A stretch of DNA of 55,444 nt from NCBI RefSeq assembly GCF_001194135.2, contig NC_068993.1, positions 11,683,191-11,738,634 of the forward strand. Reading direction: 5' to 3'. Shown in pieces: positions 27,211 to 38,950 of this stretch (positions are counted from its first letter, which is position 1; every line of letters begins with the position of its first letter). Source of the DNA: Octopus bimaculoides (lineage: Eukaryota). The position numbers and the translations under genes are program-made. The notes under the pieces are model-generated. The model was not told the DNA's origin. It saw only the letters and a list, made by a program, of their open reading frames with translations, and did not search any database.

Positions 27211-29445
27211 GTTCGTGTGTTGAAGCATATTCTGTTGTGTCTGGAGAGAATCATTCTATGTTGGTGCCTTATAATTTAACACACTCACCGATAAGATTTC
27301 TACTTATATACATTCTGTTGGTGTACGTATGTAAGAGTGCACTATATAATTTATAGAAACTCTATATTTCTTGTATCATAAAATAACTATATATGCTTTA
27401 AAATAGCCCTTATATTTGTCTCCAATTAATTTCTTGGAATATGTTAATTTTTATTTACCGTACATTCCGGCATATAAATGGAATTTTTTAGACCAAACTT
27501 TACAGCCAAATTAGCAGGCGTACCTACATACCAAGACTACGTTCAAGGACCAAATGTTGCATGTGAATTGGAGCAGTATTTGCAAAGTTTATGAAGTTGC
27601 TTGAATAATCAGACATGTATACACTACATGCTACCCCTACCCCCTACTTGTAGGCAGAACAATACGGTTCGCAATATGTATATGTCTGTATATGTGGCAT
27701 ACGTGCACATATGTGGCATATATGCGTATATGGGGCATATGTGTGTATCTCTTTTTCATCAGATGCATTTAGCTGTGTTTGTGTAGATGTGTGTATGTTT
27801 GTGCTGCTGTCTTTTTCACTAACATTGTTGAAATCACAGTATATTATATCGTGTTACAAGCCTAATATTTTCCCATTCATAACTTTTAAGTTACATATAG
27901 ACATTAGATCCTCTTCTTAGTTTGTATACAATTGTATACCCTAACATTTTGGGGGACAATAAAATTACTTGATTCACCTTAAAGTATATATTCTAAGATA
28001 GACATTCGTATCTGGTATAAATTTTCTTTTCCGAAAGTTATATTTGTGCTCAGCAGTTGCTCCCATCTCCTTTATCAAACTCCCATTTTAACAATATGTC
28101 TTTGAGAAACCTTCAAACATTTGTGACAAACCTCGAAATTCATTTTTATTTTAGTATGATAACGACTGACAACTGACACGTTACTCTCATATGAACATAT
28201 TATATGGTAATCATAGCCTATAGTATATTTGGCGTCTGTGCTGAGTAGTCTATATAATTATGCAGCCGTTACTTGTTCAGGGCAGTAAAAAGTGTCCTTA
28301 GCCATTACCGCACTGGTTTCCAATCGTTTAGTAGAGATATGCCTGCAGTGATGTTAGAATTTCTACGAACAAATCACATTCACCGAATTCAATTTGCAAC
28401 ACTAAAACAGTGTGGGTGCGTAGAGAAATTGGATTCAAAAATACCTGAACAAATCGTCAATAACAGATTTCTCATTTCAGGTTCACTATTCGTGACTAGA
28501 TCTTGAAGTGCTGGCCTTGCGTGTAAATCAATTGAATTGGAATGAACAGATCCCTTGATACAGCTGTCGTAGCTTGACAGTCGTTGGTAAACGGACAAAG
28601 CATCGTATGCAGAATAAATGATAGAAACAATAATAGAGAACAGATGCATATGTTATGGAATTGCGTTATTTTCTACTTGATAATGCAAGAACGGGAAAAT
28701 CAATAGCAGGAAAATATAAATAAACAAACAGATATAATATAAAATATAGTGAAGTAGAAAAATAAAAAAAAAGAATTATAAGAGAAATATTAAAGGAAGA
28801 GTGAATGAGAAAACGCCAAATTGTCTATGTGAGTGTGGGAGGAGCGAAAATGAAGAAAGCGCAAGAAACATAAAGAAACACAAAATAGCTATACGAACGA
28901 CTACGAGTTTTTATAGATGTAATATTTACCCATATCATTTTTTATCTTACAGCTTACAACACGAATTCCACTTAAAATATAGAGCAATGCAAAAGATGGC
29001 TTGTGATAAGTCTTCCGTAACATGCTACTGTGTATGTGCTTGGAATTTTCTCAAGATACAGCTTCAAATCTGAATGCTTCACCTAGATGTAGATCCACAG
29101 TTGTGATAAAAGTGGGGAATACAATGCCTTCTAATTTAATTGCAATAATGGACCTGAAACCAAATTTGGTGAAGAACTTGATTTGGATATTCTATCCTGT
29201 ATATGTTGTGCATCATTCGTGTTTACATAAATATATAACAAATAGGATGAAGAGCGTTTTAAGAATCAGAATAACGGCTAGCAGTAATTTTTTTCTCTTT
29301 GGTCCCAAAATGTTGCTAGCATTTCCGAGTTTATGACCTGAGAAATGAAATAACGTTCTATAAGCTCATGTTATCATATAATTTTCAATTTACTTTCTAT
29401 TTTTGCATTCATACACAAATCTTCTATGGCGTTAAAAGACTCTAT

Positions 29446-29466
29446 ATAATAATAATAATAATAATA

Positions 29467-29530
<64 letters not shown>

Positions 29531-29532
29531 TG

Positions 29533-29608
<76 letters not shown>
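29446..29608. repeat. (AAT)n microsatellite
   Basis: Direct inspection. Confidence 0.95.
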
Positions 29609-29612
<4 letters not shown>

Positions 29613-30103
29613 GAGCAATACTTGAATCACACGAGGCAAGGAAAAATGCACACAAGCCTCTGGTTTCGACCGATTGGTCATTATTAATCATACCATTCAT
29701 TTCTAACACTGATTTATTAATAGCCAAACGAGAATCTAACAGGCCGCTTTTGGTGATAGTTCTTCCTGTTTAACACATCCTAATATAAAACGAAAACAAA
29801 AGGAGTCTGAAAAATAAAACTGGATTATCATGAATGGTATGATTTAGATGTTATGTCAAATGGGTCACATTAGCCATGAACTAAAGAACAAGAATGTACA
29901 CAGTAGCAACACCAGTGTCAACAAGAGTTGACAGTGTTTTAATGGAATCATTTTTGTAACGTGTATAAGCAAGAATTATATACAATAGAAACATATTACA
30001 AACCTTGAATTTTCTTATTTTAGCGAAATAAAATTCGTACAAAGACCAAATGCAAACTCTTTTCATCTGCTCACCGTTTGAGAGAAACAAACTTTTACAT
30101 ACA

Positions 30104-30177
30104 CTTCAAACGTAAGGAGACATATACTCTTCAAACGTAAGAGATCATTACTCTTCAAACGTAAGGGGATCATATAT
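30104..30177. repeat. Three tandem copies of a 24-25 bp unit (CTTCAAACGTAAG...)
   Basis: Units start at 30104, 30129 and 30153. Confidence 0.9.
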
Positions 30178-30667
30178 ATTTTGAGTTGAACTCGAACAAT
30201 TTTAGATATAACTAATACAATGATGCCTTGTAAACAAAACAATATTGTCGGAATCATACAATAAACATCGGAATATTTGATTGGTTTGAAAGGAAAGTTT
30301 TGTCGTAAAGAATTACAGAACAGTATTCTGTCAGACAAGTGTACGACAATCCCAATATTTTAATTACTCGAGCTTTCAAAATCCATATAGAGACACTTAT
30401 GCAGAAAAAAACAATAGCATTAGCTCTGGGTTTGAAGATAAATATTCCTCTAATCATTTCGAGAAATACGGGTTGTTCTTTTTTTCAATACACTATGCAT
30501 GAGAAATGATAATAATTAAACAACTGCTTTTTTTTTTCATGCGGATGGTCTCTCTGAGTATAATTTCTTAAAAAGCTTAGTGATATCATTTTGAATCTGG
30601 TAAATGTTGGTTCTCACTGTCGTACATCTGATCAGAATTTTTGTGTTCATAAGTTCAACAAGGACAT

Positions 30668-30955
30668 TGTTTACCTTATTTACATTATTTACATTATTTA
30701 CATTATTTACATTATTTATATTTGACGGATATTTGTCCTCATCTTGTTTGTTGTTAACACAAAGTTTCGGCTGATGTACCCACCAGCCTTCATCAGGTGT
30801 CTGGGGGAAATTTCGAACTTGGGTTCTCATTCCTAATGTCATCATCATCATCATCATCATCATCATCTTTTTTTCCAGGTCACTGCCTGGATTCGAACTC
30901 AGAATTTTGGGGTTAGTAGCCCGCGCTCTTGACCACTACGCCATATGCCTGTGGG
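30668..30955 (-). mobile_element. tRNA-headed SINE-like element carrying a hammerhead ribozyme motif and a (TGTAAATAA)n tail
   Basis: Minus strand, 5' to 3': A box TGGCGTAGTGG (30943-30933), B box GAGTTCGAATCC (30900-30889), (GAT)n, a spacer, the hammerhead at 30801-30756, then a 9-bp tandem tail (~30722-30672). Confidence 0.75.
30756..30801 (-). ncRNA. Minimal type I hammerhead ribozyme motif (Penelope-type); stem III is disrupted in this copy
   Basis: GACAC-CTGATGA-A-GGCTGG-TGGGTACA-TCAGCC-GAAAC-TTT-GTGTT. Both catalytic-core strands are intact, stem II has 6 bp and stem I has 5 bp (GACAC/GTGTT). Confidence 0.75.
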
Positions 30956-31229
30956 AATGTCTGTTAACACCTATACATGTCCCATTTCCCCCTAAATTTA
31001 AAATTATATTAGGCATTAAGATGATGTAGCCTTTCCGATTTCCCACTCACCACATCAGGTTTTTCAATTATAATGTGAATGCATCCTTTATTAAATATAC
31101 AGAGTGACACCTAAAATGCGAGCACTACCCCAAATAATTCTTTGGAATACAACCGGCCATAAATAATGTCTGGTCTGAGTCTAAGATGAGAGATGAGAGA
31201 ACATATTTTAAAGTGCTACTTAGAGTGGA

Positions 31230-31530
31230 AGTACGTACCTCGAAGTCCAAACATTTATGAGAAAGGAATTATGAACACATCCACTCACGTTACCAGGTGA
31301 GACTGGAGTACCTGTTCAAGCATCATTTGTGATGAGTGCAGCTGTCGGCGTGTCCAGAGAGCGAAGAAAGTCTGGAATTTTACCGTCAACTTTTGTGTAG
31401 CCCGTTCGGATTTGACAACACTGTGGATAATGCTGCTTATCTGAAGGAAAAGCAGGAAAGTCTCACGCACCGCATTCAGGAAGTGCTCAAGTATAAAGTT
31501 ATGTTTCCTTTCCATTCAAATAAAGTACAT
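31230..31530 (+). mobile_element. Possible highly decayed mariner-like transposase fragment
   Basis: Higher-GC island. IICDECSCRRV (cf. IIHDEL..RKV) and LEFYRQLL (cf. LEIC.QLL) occur in different frames with tandem stops. Weak similarity only. Confidence 0.3.
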
Positions 31531-33469
31531 CTCCATAAAGTGATCTAGGTATTTTATATTGATGAAATACTACTGAAGGTGTGATCACAGCGAAGCGGTA
31601 TCACTACATATCTACATTTTCATGAATATTTTATACCTACGATGAGTGATTTTATGGGAATGCAAATAGGTATTATATCTCAAAAATAAGAGTCATCGAA
31701 ATGAAGGCAACTATTAAAAGAGAAATAACTCAAACAATAATTGAAAATGTTTTTCGTATTTTCTATACTATTAAACGCCATTGCTTTTCATGTCAGTAAT
31801 AGAACAACAATCTTCATAAACGGCTGCAGTACATACGAACTATACATTTCTTTATTTCGAATTATAAAGCTTACATATATGTTAATAAAAAATATGTTAT
31901 TAGACTTTCAAAGTGTGCACGCAATTTTACGACACCCTGTACTAGCTTCAATTCCAACAGATCAATTTGTAGACAAGCTAAATTAGCTGCGCATCTTCAT
32001 ACCTTCGAGTAAAATTGTGCAAGCTTGCTGTCACTCAGTAGGTCAAAACAGGTGAATGTTCCTTTATACAAATGTTACTGCTTGCTTCAAGTTATTTTCA
32101 TCGTCAATGCGGTTAAAACACGTGTATGCGTGATATATATATATATATATANNNNNNNNNNNNNNNNNNNNNNNNNNNNNNNNNNNNNNNNNNNNNNNNN
32201 NNNNNNNNNNNNNNNNNNNNNNNNNNNNNNNNNNNNNNNNNNNNNNNNNNNNNNNNNNNNNNNNNNNNNNNNNNNNNNNNNNNNNNNNNNNNNNNNNNNN
32301 NNNNNNNNNNNNNNNNNNNNNNNNNNNNNNNNNNNNNNNNNNNNNNNNNNNNNNNNNNNNNNNNNNNNNNNNNNNNNNNNNNNNNNNNNNNNNNNNNNNN
32401 NNNNNNNNNNNNNNNNNNNNNNNNNNNNNNNNNNNNNNNNNNNNNNNNNNNNNNNNNNNNNNNNNNNNNNNNNNNNNNNNNNNNNNNNNNNNNNNNNNNN
32501 NNNNNNNNNNNNNNNNNNNNNNNNNNNNNNNNNNNNNNNNNNNNNNNNNNNNNNNNNNNNNNNNNNNNNNNNNNNNNNNNNNNNNNNNNNNNNNNNNNNN
32601 NNNNNNNNNNNNNNNNNNNNNNNNNNNNNNNNNNNNNNNNNNNNNNNNNNNNNNNNNNNNNNNNNNNNNNNNNNNNNNNNNNNNNNNNNNNNNNNNNNNN
32701 NNNNNNNNNNNNNNNNNNNNNNNNNNNNNNNNNNNNNNNNNNNNNNNNNNNNNNNNNNNNNNNNNNNNNNNNNNNNNNNNNNNNNNNNNNNNNNNNNNNN
32801 NNNNNNNNNNNNNNNNNNNNNNNNNNNNNNNNNNNNNNNNNNNNNNNNNNNNNNNNNNNNNNNNNNNNNNNNNNNNNNNNNNNNNNNNNNNNNNNNNNNN
32901 NNNNNNNNNNNNNNNNNNNNNNNNNNNNNNNNNNNNNNNNNNNNNNNNNNNNNNNNNNNNNNNNNNNNNNNNNNNNNNNNNNNNNNNNNNNNNNNNNNNN
33001 NNNNNNNNNNNNNNNNNNATATATTTATATATATGCTTGTATATATAGATATGTACTTATATCAACTTGATTTATATTTTCCGATTAACCTACCTCCTAA
33101 GAGTAGCTCGTAGTTTGATAGAGCTTTTGCTGTTGTTTATAAAAAAAGCTTTCTTTTACTTCGATCTCGGAAAAAATTGCTGGCGTTTGAAATTAAAACG
33201 ACCTCTCTCAGAAAATGCTTATGCTGGAGGGTAGCTGTCCTTGTTCAAATGATATTTTAGAAGGTGTACACAGCTCTAAGCAAACTTCAAATTTAATTAC
33301 TTTTTACAGATAAAAAGGCAAGATTTGAGGGATGATTGACTGTTATTTCTCAAATGTTGATCGACAGATTGTGGTTTCCTCGTTCGTTATGCGCTTATGG
33401 TTCTCTTCATAGTTGTGATTTGGTGATTGAAAAAAATGATACAATTCATTTCTTATCATTACTTTCTAT

Positions 33470-33690
33470 TTAAGACCCACCTGCTAGAATCGTTATTGCA
33501 CTGCGTAAAATGCTTAGCGGCATTGAGTCTGTGTTCACGTTCTGAGTTCAAATTCCACGGAGGTGACGTTGCCTATCATTGTTTCCGGGTCGATAGAATG
33601 AGTACCAGTTGAAGACTGGAGCTCGATGTAATCTACTTTATCCCCTCTCTCGAAATTGCTGGCCTAGTACTAAAGTTGAAATCATAATTA
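33470..33690 (+). mobile_element. SINE family A (array copy 1)
   Basis: GCTAGAATCGTT..AAATGCTTAGCGGC..GTTCTGAGTTCAAATTCC..GAGTACCAGTTGAAGACTGG..TCTCGAAATTGCTGGCCTAG. Confidence 0.85.
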
Positions 33691-33701
33691 CTAATCTCTA
33701 T

Positions 33702-33902
33702 TAAGGCGGGGAGCTGGTAAAATCGTTAGCACGCCTGGAATTTCATCCGTCTTTACATTCTGAGTTCAAATATAGCCGTGGTCGACTTCACGTTTTATCC
33801 TTTCGAGGTCGATTAAATAAGTATCAGCGAAACATTGGGGTCGATGTAATCGACTAAGCCCCTCCCCCGAATTTCACGCCTTCTGCCAATTGTAGAAATG
33901 AT
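33702..33902 (+). mobile_element. SINE family A (array copy 2)
   Basis: TAAGGCGGGGAGCTGGTAAAATCGTTAGCACGCC..TTCTGAGTTCAAAT..GGGGTCGATGTAATCGACT..CCCCTCCCCCGAATTTC. Confidence 0.85.
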
Positions 33903-33912
33903 CTTTACTCTC

Positions 33913-34120
33913 TAAGGCGGTGAGACGGCACAATCGCTTCCGCTTAGCGGCATTTTGTCCATCATAACGCTCTGACTTCGAATTCTGGTGAGGTGACATT
34001 ACCTTCCATTCTTTGTGGCTCGATAAAATAAGTGCCAGTTGTGCACTGCAGCCAATGTAATCGAATTACACTCACCCCTGAACATTCTAGCTTCGTGCCA
34101 GTATTTGAGACCATTACATT
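33913..34120 (+). mobile_element. SINE family A (array copy 3)
   Basis: TAAGGCGGTGAGACGGCACAATCG..GCTTAGCGGCATTT..TCTGACTTCGAATTC..CGATAAAATAAGTGCCAGTTG..GTAATCGA. Confidence 0.8.
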
Positions 34121-34304
34121 ACTCGTTATTCACTGTTACCTCCAACTGCATCAGTCGCGAACTCCAACGTCAAAAAAAAAAAAAAATCAAATGTTTACGT
34201 ACACAATTTAAGAAGAGTAATTCGTTCAATATTTGAAAGTAGAATATTACGGTATGGTATGTATATATTTCTGTTTCCCACACGTTTTATGTTTATAAAT
34301 TTGC

Positions 34305-34420
34305 ACAAGCACTGGCATCGTTGTGTGGTGAGATATTTCCTTCCTAACGTCACGTATTCCGGTTCAATCCTACCTCGTGGCAACTTGACAAATGCCGTGT
34401 AAATAGATTTTGCACACAGA
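34305..34420 (+). mobile_element. Degenerate SINE family B head fragment
   Basis: GTGTGGTGAGATATTTCCTTCCTAAC..TTCCGGTTCAATCCTAC..GTGGCAACTTG resembles the reverse complement of ~50010-50075. Confidence 0.45.
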
Positions 34421-34469
34421 CATCTATCTCTTTCTATCTTCTTCCGTTTATATATATATATGTGTGTCA

Positions 34470-34507
<38 letters not shown>

Positions 34508-34954
34508 TCACGCCAGCACATGCTCATATAATACTGCTACTGATATTATTTTGCATTCGCTGTTTTAATAGCTCCATGTTGAGTTAGAAGGTTATGTTTT
34601 GAGAACAATGTGTATTAACACACTTTACTTGCTTTTCATTGTAATTTTTCCTCCGTCCATTTCCTCCACATAATTCTCGTAAAAAATCGCTGGCAATCCT
34701 GCTTCTTTCAGATATATAGCTTAAAACTATAGTCACCATACATCCGTTTCCGAAATGGCGAATGAAAACCGAGCATTTACACTAAATATGGACGCAAGTG
34801 GTTAGCCAAATAGTTGTTGATATAGCTATATGAATGGCCTCACAAACTGTTGCTCTACTGTCAAGATCAAACGGTTTCCTATCAACCATGTCAATATGGA
34901 ATGCAATCATGTGGCAGTTTTATTGATTAGTTTATTTATTACCTGAACATAGTA

Positions 34955-34958
34955 GTAG

Positions 34959-35030
<72 letters not shown>

Positions 35031-35036
35031 AAATAG

Positions 35037-35080
<44 letters not shown>

Positions 35081-35187
35081 GTAGCAATAACAATAATAAT
35101 AATAATGTTAATAATAATATTGATAATAATGATGATGATTATGATGATGGTAAATGATATTTGCGATGATGATAATAGTATTTCTTC

Positions 35188-35219
<32 letters not shown>

Positions 35220-35271
35220 CTTCTTCTTCTTCTTCTTCTTCTTCTTCTTCTTCTTCTCATCATTATTATTA

Positions 35272-35329
<58 letters not shown>

Positions 35330-35386
35330 TACTACTATTATTATTATTACTATTATTATTATTACTACTACTATTACTACTATTAC

Positions 35387-35455
<69 letters not shown>

Positions 35456-35497
35456 CATTATTATTATTATTATCATTATTATTATTATTATTATTGT
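34955..35497. repeat. Compound microsatellite (AAT)n ... (TCT)n (ATT)n
   Basis: Direct inspection. Confidence 0.95.
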
Positions 35498-36806
35498 AAT
35501 AAAAGACAGAACAAGCAAATTACTATTATCTGTGTGATGGTAGTCGTCACGATGTTAGTCTTCATCATCGGCCTCTCATCATTAGCATCCACTTCAGTAT
35601 TCTCATGTTCATCATGATCATCATCATCATGAACATCAGCATTGTCATCGTCGTCATCATCATCATCCTCATCACCATTGCGACCATTATCACTGTTGCT
35701 TCTAAAAAGCAGAGCAGTTCCTTGTATTTTCCTCTGATGGTTAATTGTATTCTCTCTCTGAGTGTTTAATGGTGTCAACAACAATTTATATGTTAGGTTA
35801 AACATGGGGGAAAAAACGAAAAAAAAAAACAGAAATCAAACTGGTACTAGAGAAAGATAGAGTTTTTTTTTTTCTACAAAGGAAAAGAAAACAGAGTTTC
35901 TTTTTTGTTTTCCGTGAGAGAAATACAAAAAAAAAATGATATGGCGTATATGAAGAAGAGCAAGAGGATAAGTGTGAGTATGATGAACAGAGGAGGTTGC
36001 AGCAATTTAGATAGAAAGGGGAACATTGTGATAAATATACATATAAAAAAATGGGGGTAAGATAATATAAAAGAAATGAGAATGGTTGTAAGTGCAACAG
36101 AAATATATATGAAGTATGTTGAGGAAATTATTAGGAAAGTTCTGGCATGTAAACAAGGATAGAACGTCGTCCGTTGACGTTGATGTTAATAGTGAAAGCT
36201 CGGAAAACATGAATATCGAATACATGTATTAAAATCTACGATGCACGCTTTCGTGTACACGCACCGATACCCACAGACAAGCAAGCTTCCAAGTTTTGGC
36301 GCACGTCATATATATATATNNNNNNNNNNNNNNNNNNNNNNNNNNNNNNNNNNNNNNNNNNNNNNNNNNNNNNNNNNNNNNNNNNNNNNNNNNNNNNNNN
36401 NNNNNNNNNNNNNNNNNNNNNNNNNNNNNNNNNNNNNNNNNNNNNNNNNNNNNNNNNNNNNNNNNNNNNNNNNNNNNNNNNNNNNNNNNNNNNNNNNNNN
36501 NNNNNNNNNNNNNNNNNNNNNNNNNNNNNNNNNNNNNNNNNNNNNNNNNNNNNNNNNNNNNNNNNNNNNNNNNNNNNNNNNNNNNNNNNNNNNNNNNNNN
36601 NNNNNNNNNNNNNNNNNNNNNNNNNNNNNNNNNNNNNNNNNNNNNNNNNNNNNNNNNNNNNNNNNNNNNNNNNNNNNNNNNNNNNNNNNNNNNNNNNNNN
36701 NNNNNNNNNNNNNNNNNNNNNNNNNNNNNNNNNNNNNNNNNNNNNNNNNNNNNNNNNNNNNNNNNNNNNNNNNNNNNNNNNNNNNNNNNNNNNNNNNNNN
36801 NNNNNN

Positions 36807-36843
<37 letters not shown>

Positions 36844-37610
36844 TATATGTGTGTGTGTGTATATGTGTGTATCCTCTCCACAAACAGCTCCGATATAAGA
36901 AAAGTCAATAAAAATGAATGAACAAATATAGAAGTACATTAGAAGAACAACAGCAACATCAACGCCAGCAACAACAACAACAACAACTGCAACAACTTCA
37001 ACAACAGCAGCAACGTAAATGACAAAGACATGAGAATACATGGAAATGTGTTCACAGATAATTTGTCATTGTGTTCACATTTGATATTCACTGTTTTGTA
37101 TTTCATGCCGGATTGCTTCACTGCGCATGCACTCACTCACTCATAGGCGATTACACAACGCACGAACGCCTAAATCGATGAATCTATATACGTGCACAGA
37201 ATCACAAACGCACTTGTATGGCAACGGACACCCATCCACAACCACATTAACTCGCACGCACGGAAGAGGTTCACGGCGCTGTAATATACACAAATATGTA
37301 CGTGTATATAATAAATATAATACGCAGGAATATTAAATAACATACATATATATGCATACATATACATATGTATATATGCCTGTATATACATATAACATGC
37401 ACACTAACGCACACACAATTGCAGACCTACTGTTATATCTATAGATTATATCTCTGTATCTACATACATACTTACATGTGTGTGTTGATGTGTTCGTGCA
37501 CACATCAGTGTGTATGTGTCTTATCTCTCTACCTGTCTCGCTATTTATTTACGAATCAAACAATCTATCAATCTATCTATCTAACTATCTATCTGTCTAT
37601 ATATACATAT

Positions 37611-37641
<31 letters not shown>

Positions 37642-38109
37642 NNNNNNNNNNNNNNNNNNNNNNNNNNNNNNNNNNNNNNNNNNNNNNNNNNNNNNNNNNN
37701 NNNNNNNNNNNNNNNNNNNNNNNNNNNNNNNNNNNNNNNNNNNNNNNNNNNNNNNNNNNNNNNNNNNNNNNNNNNNNNNNNNNNNNNNNNNNNNNNNNNN
37801 NNNNNNNNNNNNNNNNNNNNNNNNNNNNNNNNNNNNNNNNNNNNNNNNNNNNNNNNNNNNNNNNNNNNNNNNNNNNNNNNNNNNNNNNNNNNNNNNNNNN
37901 NNNNNNNNNNNNNNNNNNNNNNNNNNNNNNNNNNNNNNNNNNNNNNNNNNNNNNNNNNNNNNNNNNNNNNNNNNNNNNNNNNNNNNNNNNNNNNNNNNNN
38001 NNNNNNNNNNNNNNNNNNNNNNNNNNNNNNNNNNNNNNNNNNNNNNNNNNNNNNNNNNNNNNNNNNNNNNNNNNNNNATATAAAGATGTATGTATCTGTT
38101 CTTGTGAAT

Positions 38110-38335
38110 TTGTGTTTAATGTCATCCCAAAGCCATCGCCAGACAGTCAGCGTCGGTGTGTTTATGAGTCCGAATATTCGCAGATCAGCAATGGAAATGG
38201 AGAGAACAAATACCAGGTTTCAAAAAATTTATCCCGGGCTCGATATATTCGACTAAAATCAGTGAAAGACGCTTCCCAAGCGTGTCTACTGTTCAGTGTC
38301 TGAAACGAGGTAAAGATGAAAGACACCGTACGTAT
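38110..38335 (+). mobile_element. SINE family B, 3' half
   Basis: CCATCGCCAGACAG..GGTGTGTTTATG..TCGATATATTCGACTAAA..GTCTGAAACGAGGTAAAG is collinear with 11725-11910. The 5' half is probably in the preceding gap. Confidence 0.7.
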
Positions 38336-38773
38336 GATGTTTGATACAGAGAAAATGAACACTAATCAAGTTAAAGAATGGTGATATATCGTTAAAATTT
38401 CCCTAAAAATAAATGCGTTTCAGCTGACTGATATTTCATAGATAGAATATATTAGAAAAAGAAAAAAATAGAGGAGAAAATAAAGGAAGTCGTGAATAAA
38501 ATAAAAGCGTTTCATGAACATGAAACTACAAACGTGCAAACTGCAGAATAGATTACACATAAACAACGTAACTTGCTATTTTCGTTATAATCGTGTAAGT
38601 TTGCAATTTCGTGATCATGCAGATACAATAAGTAACAATTGCAATATATTTATGTATGTATCTATACATTTATATGTGTATGCATACATAAATAATGCAT
38701 TTTAGTTCTATTGCAATCTATATCTAGCTATCATAAATGTTGCTTACACAGGAGTGACAATATGTTTGGCATT

Positions 38774-38950
38774 TAAGGCAGCGAGCTAGTAGAATCGTTA
38801 GCACACCGGGCGAAATGCTTAAGGAGTTCTACATCTGTCTTTATGTTCTGAGTTCAAATTCTGCCGAGGTGAACTCTGCCTTTCATCGATCTAATCGACT
38901 GGCCCCCTCCCCAGAAATTTCGGGCATTGTGCCTAGAGTAGTAAATTATA
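38774..38950 (+). mobile_element. SINE family A with an internal deletion
   Basis: Head TAAGGCAGCGAGCTAGTAGAATCGTTAGCACACCGGGCGAAATGCTT; GCCTTTCATC is joined directly to GATCTAATCGACTGGCCCCCTCCCCAG, so the GTACCAG segment of other copies is missing. Confidence 0.85.

Noticed and set aside
30104-30177. Short direct repeats resembling a CRISPR array
   Set aside because: Contiguous 24-25 bp tandem units with no unique spacers and no cas genes, in a eukaryotic context; this is a minisatellite.
30878-30955. tRNA gene call for the tRNA-like head
   Set aside because: No paired acceptor stem, and the sequence continues into a SINE-like body, so it is a tRNA-derived promoter rather than a functional tRNA.
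31336-31548. 70-aa ORF and an opposite-strand acceptor suggesting an exon
   Set aside because: Tandem in-frame stops, no matching splice pair and no recognisable host protein; a decayed transposon fits better.
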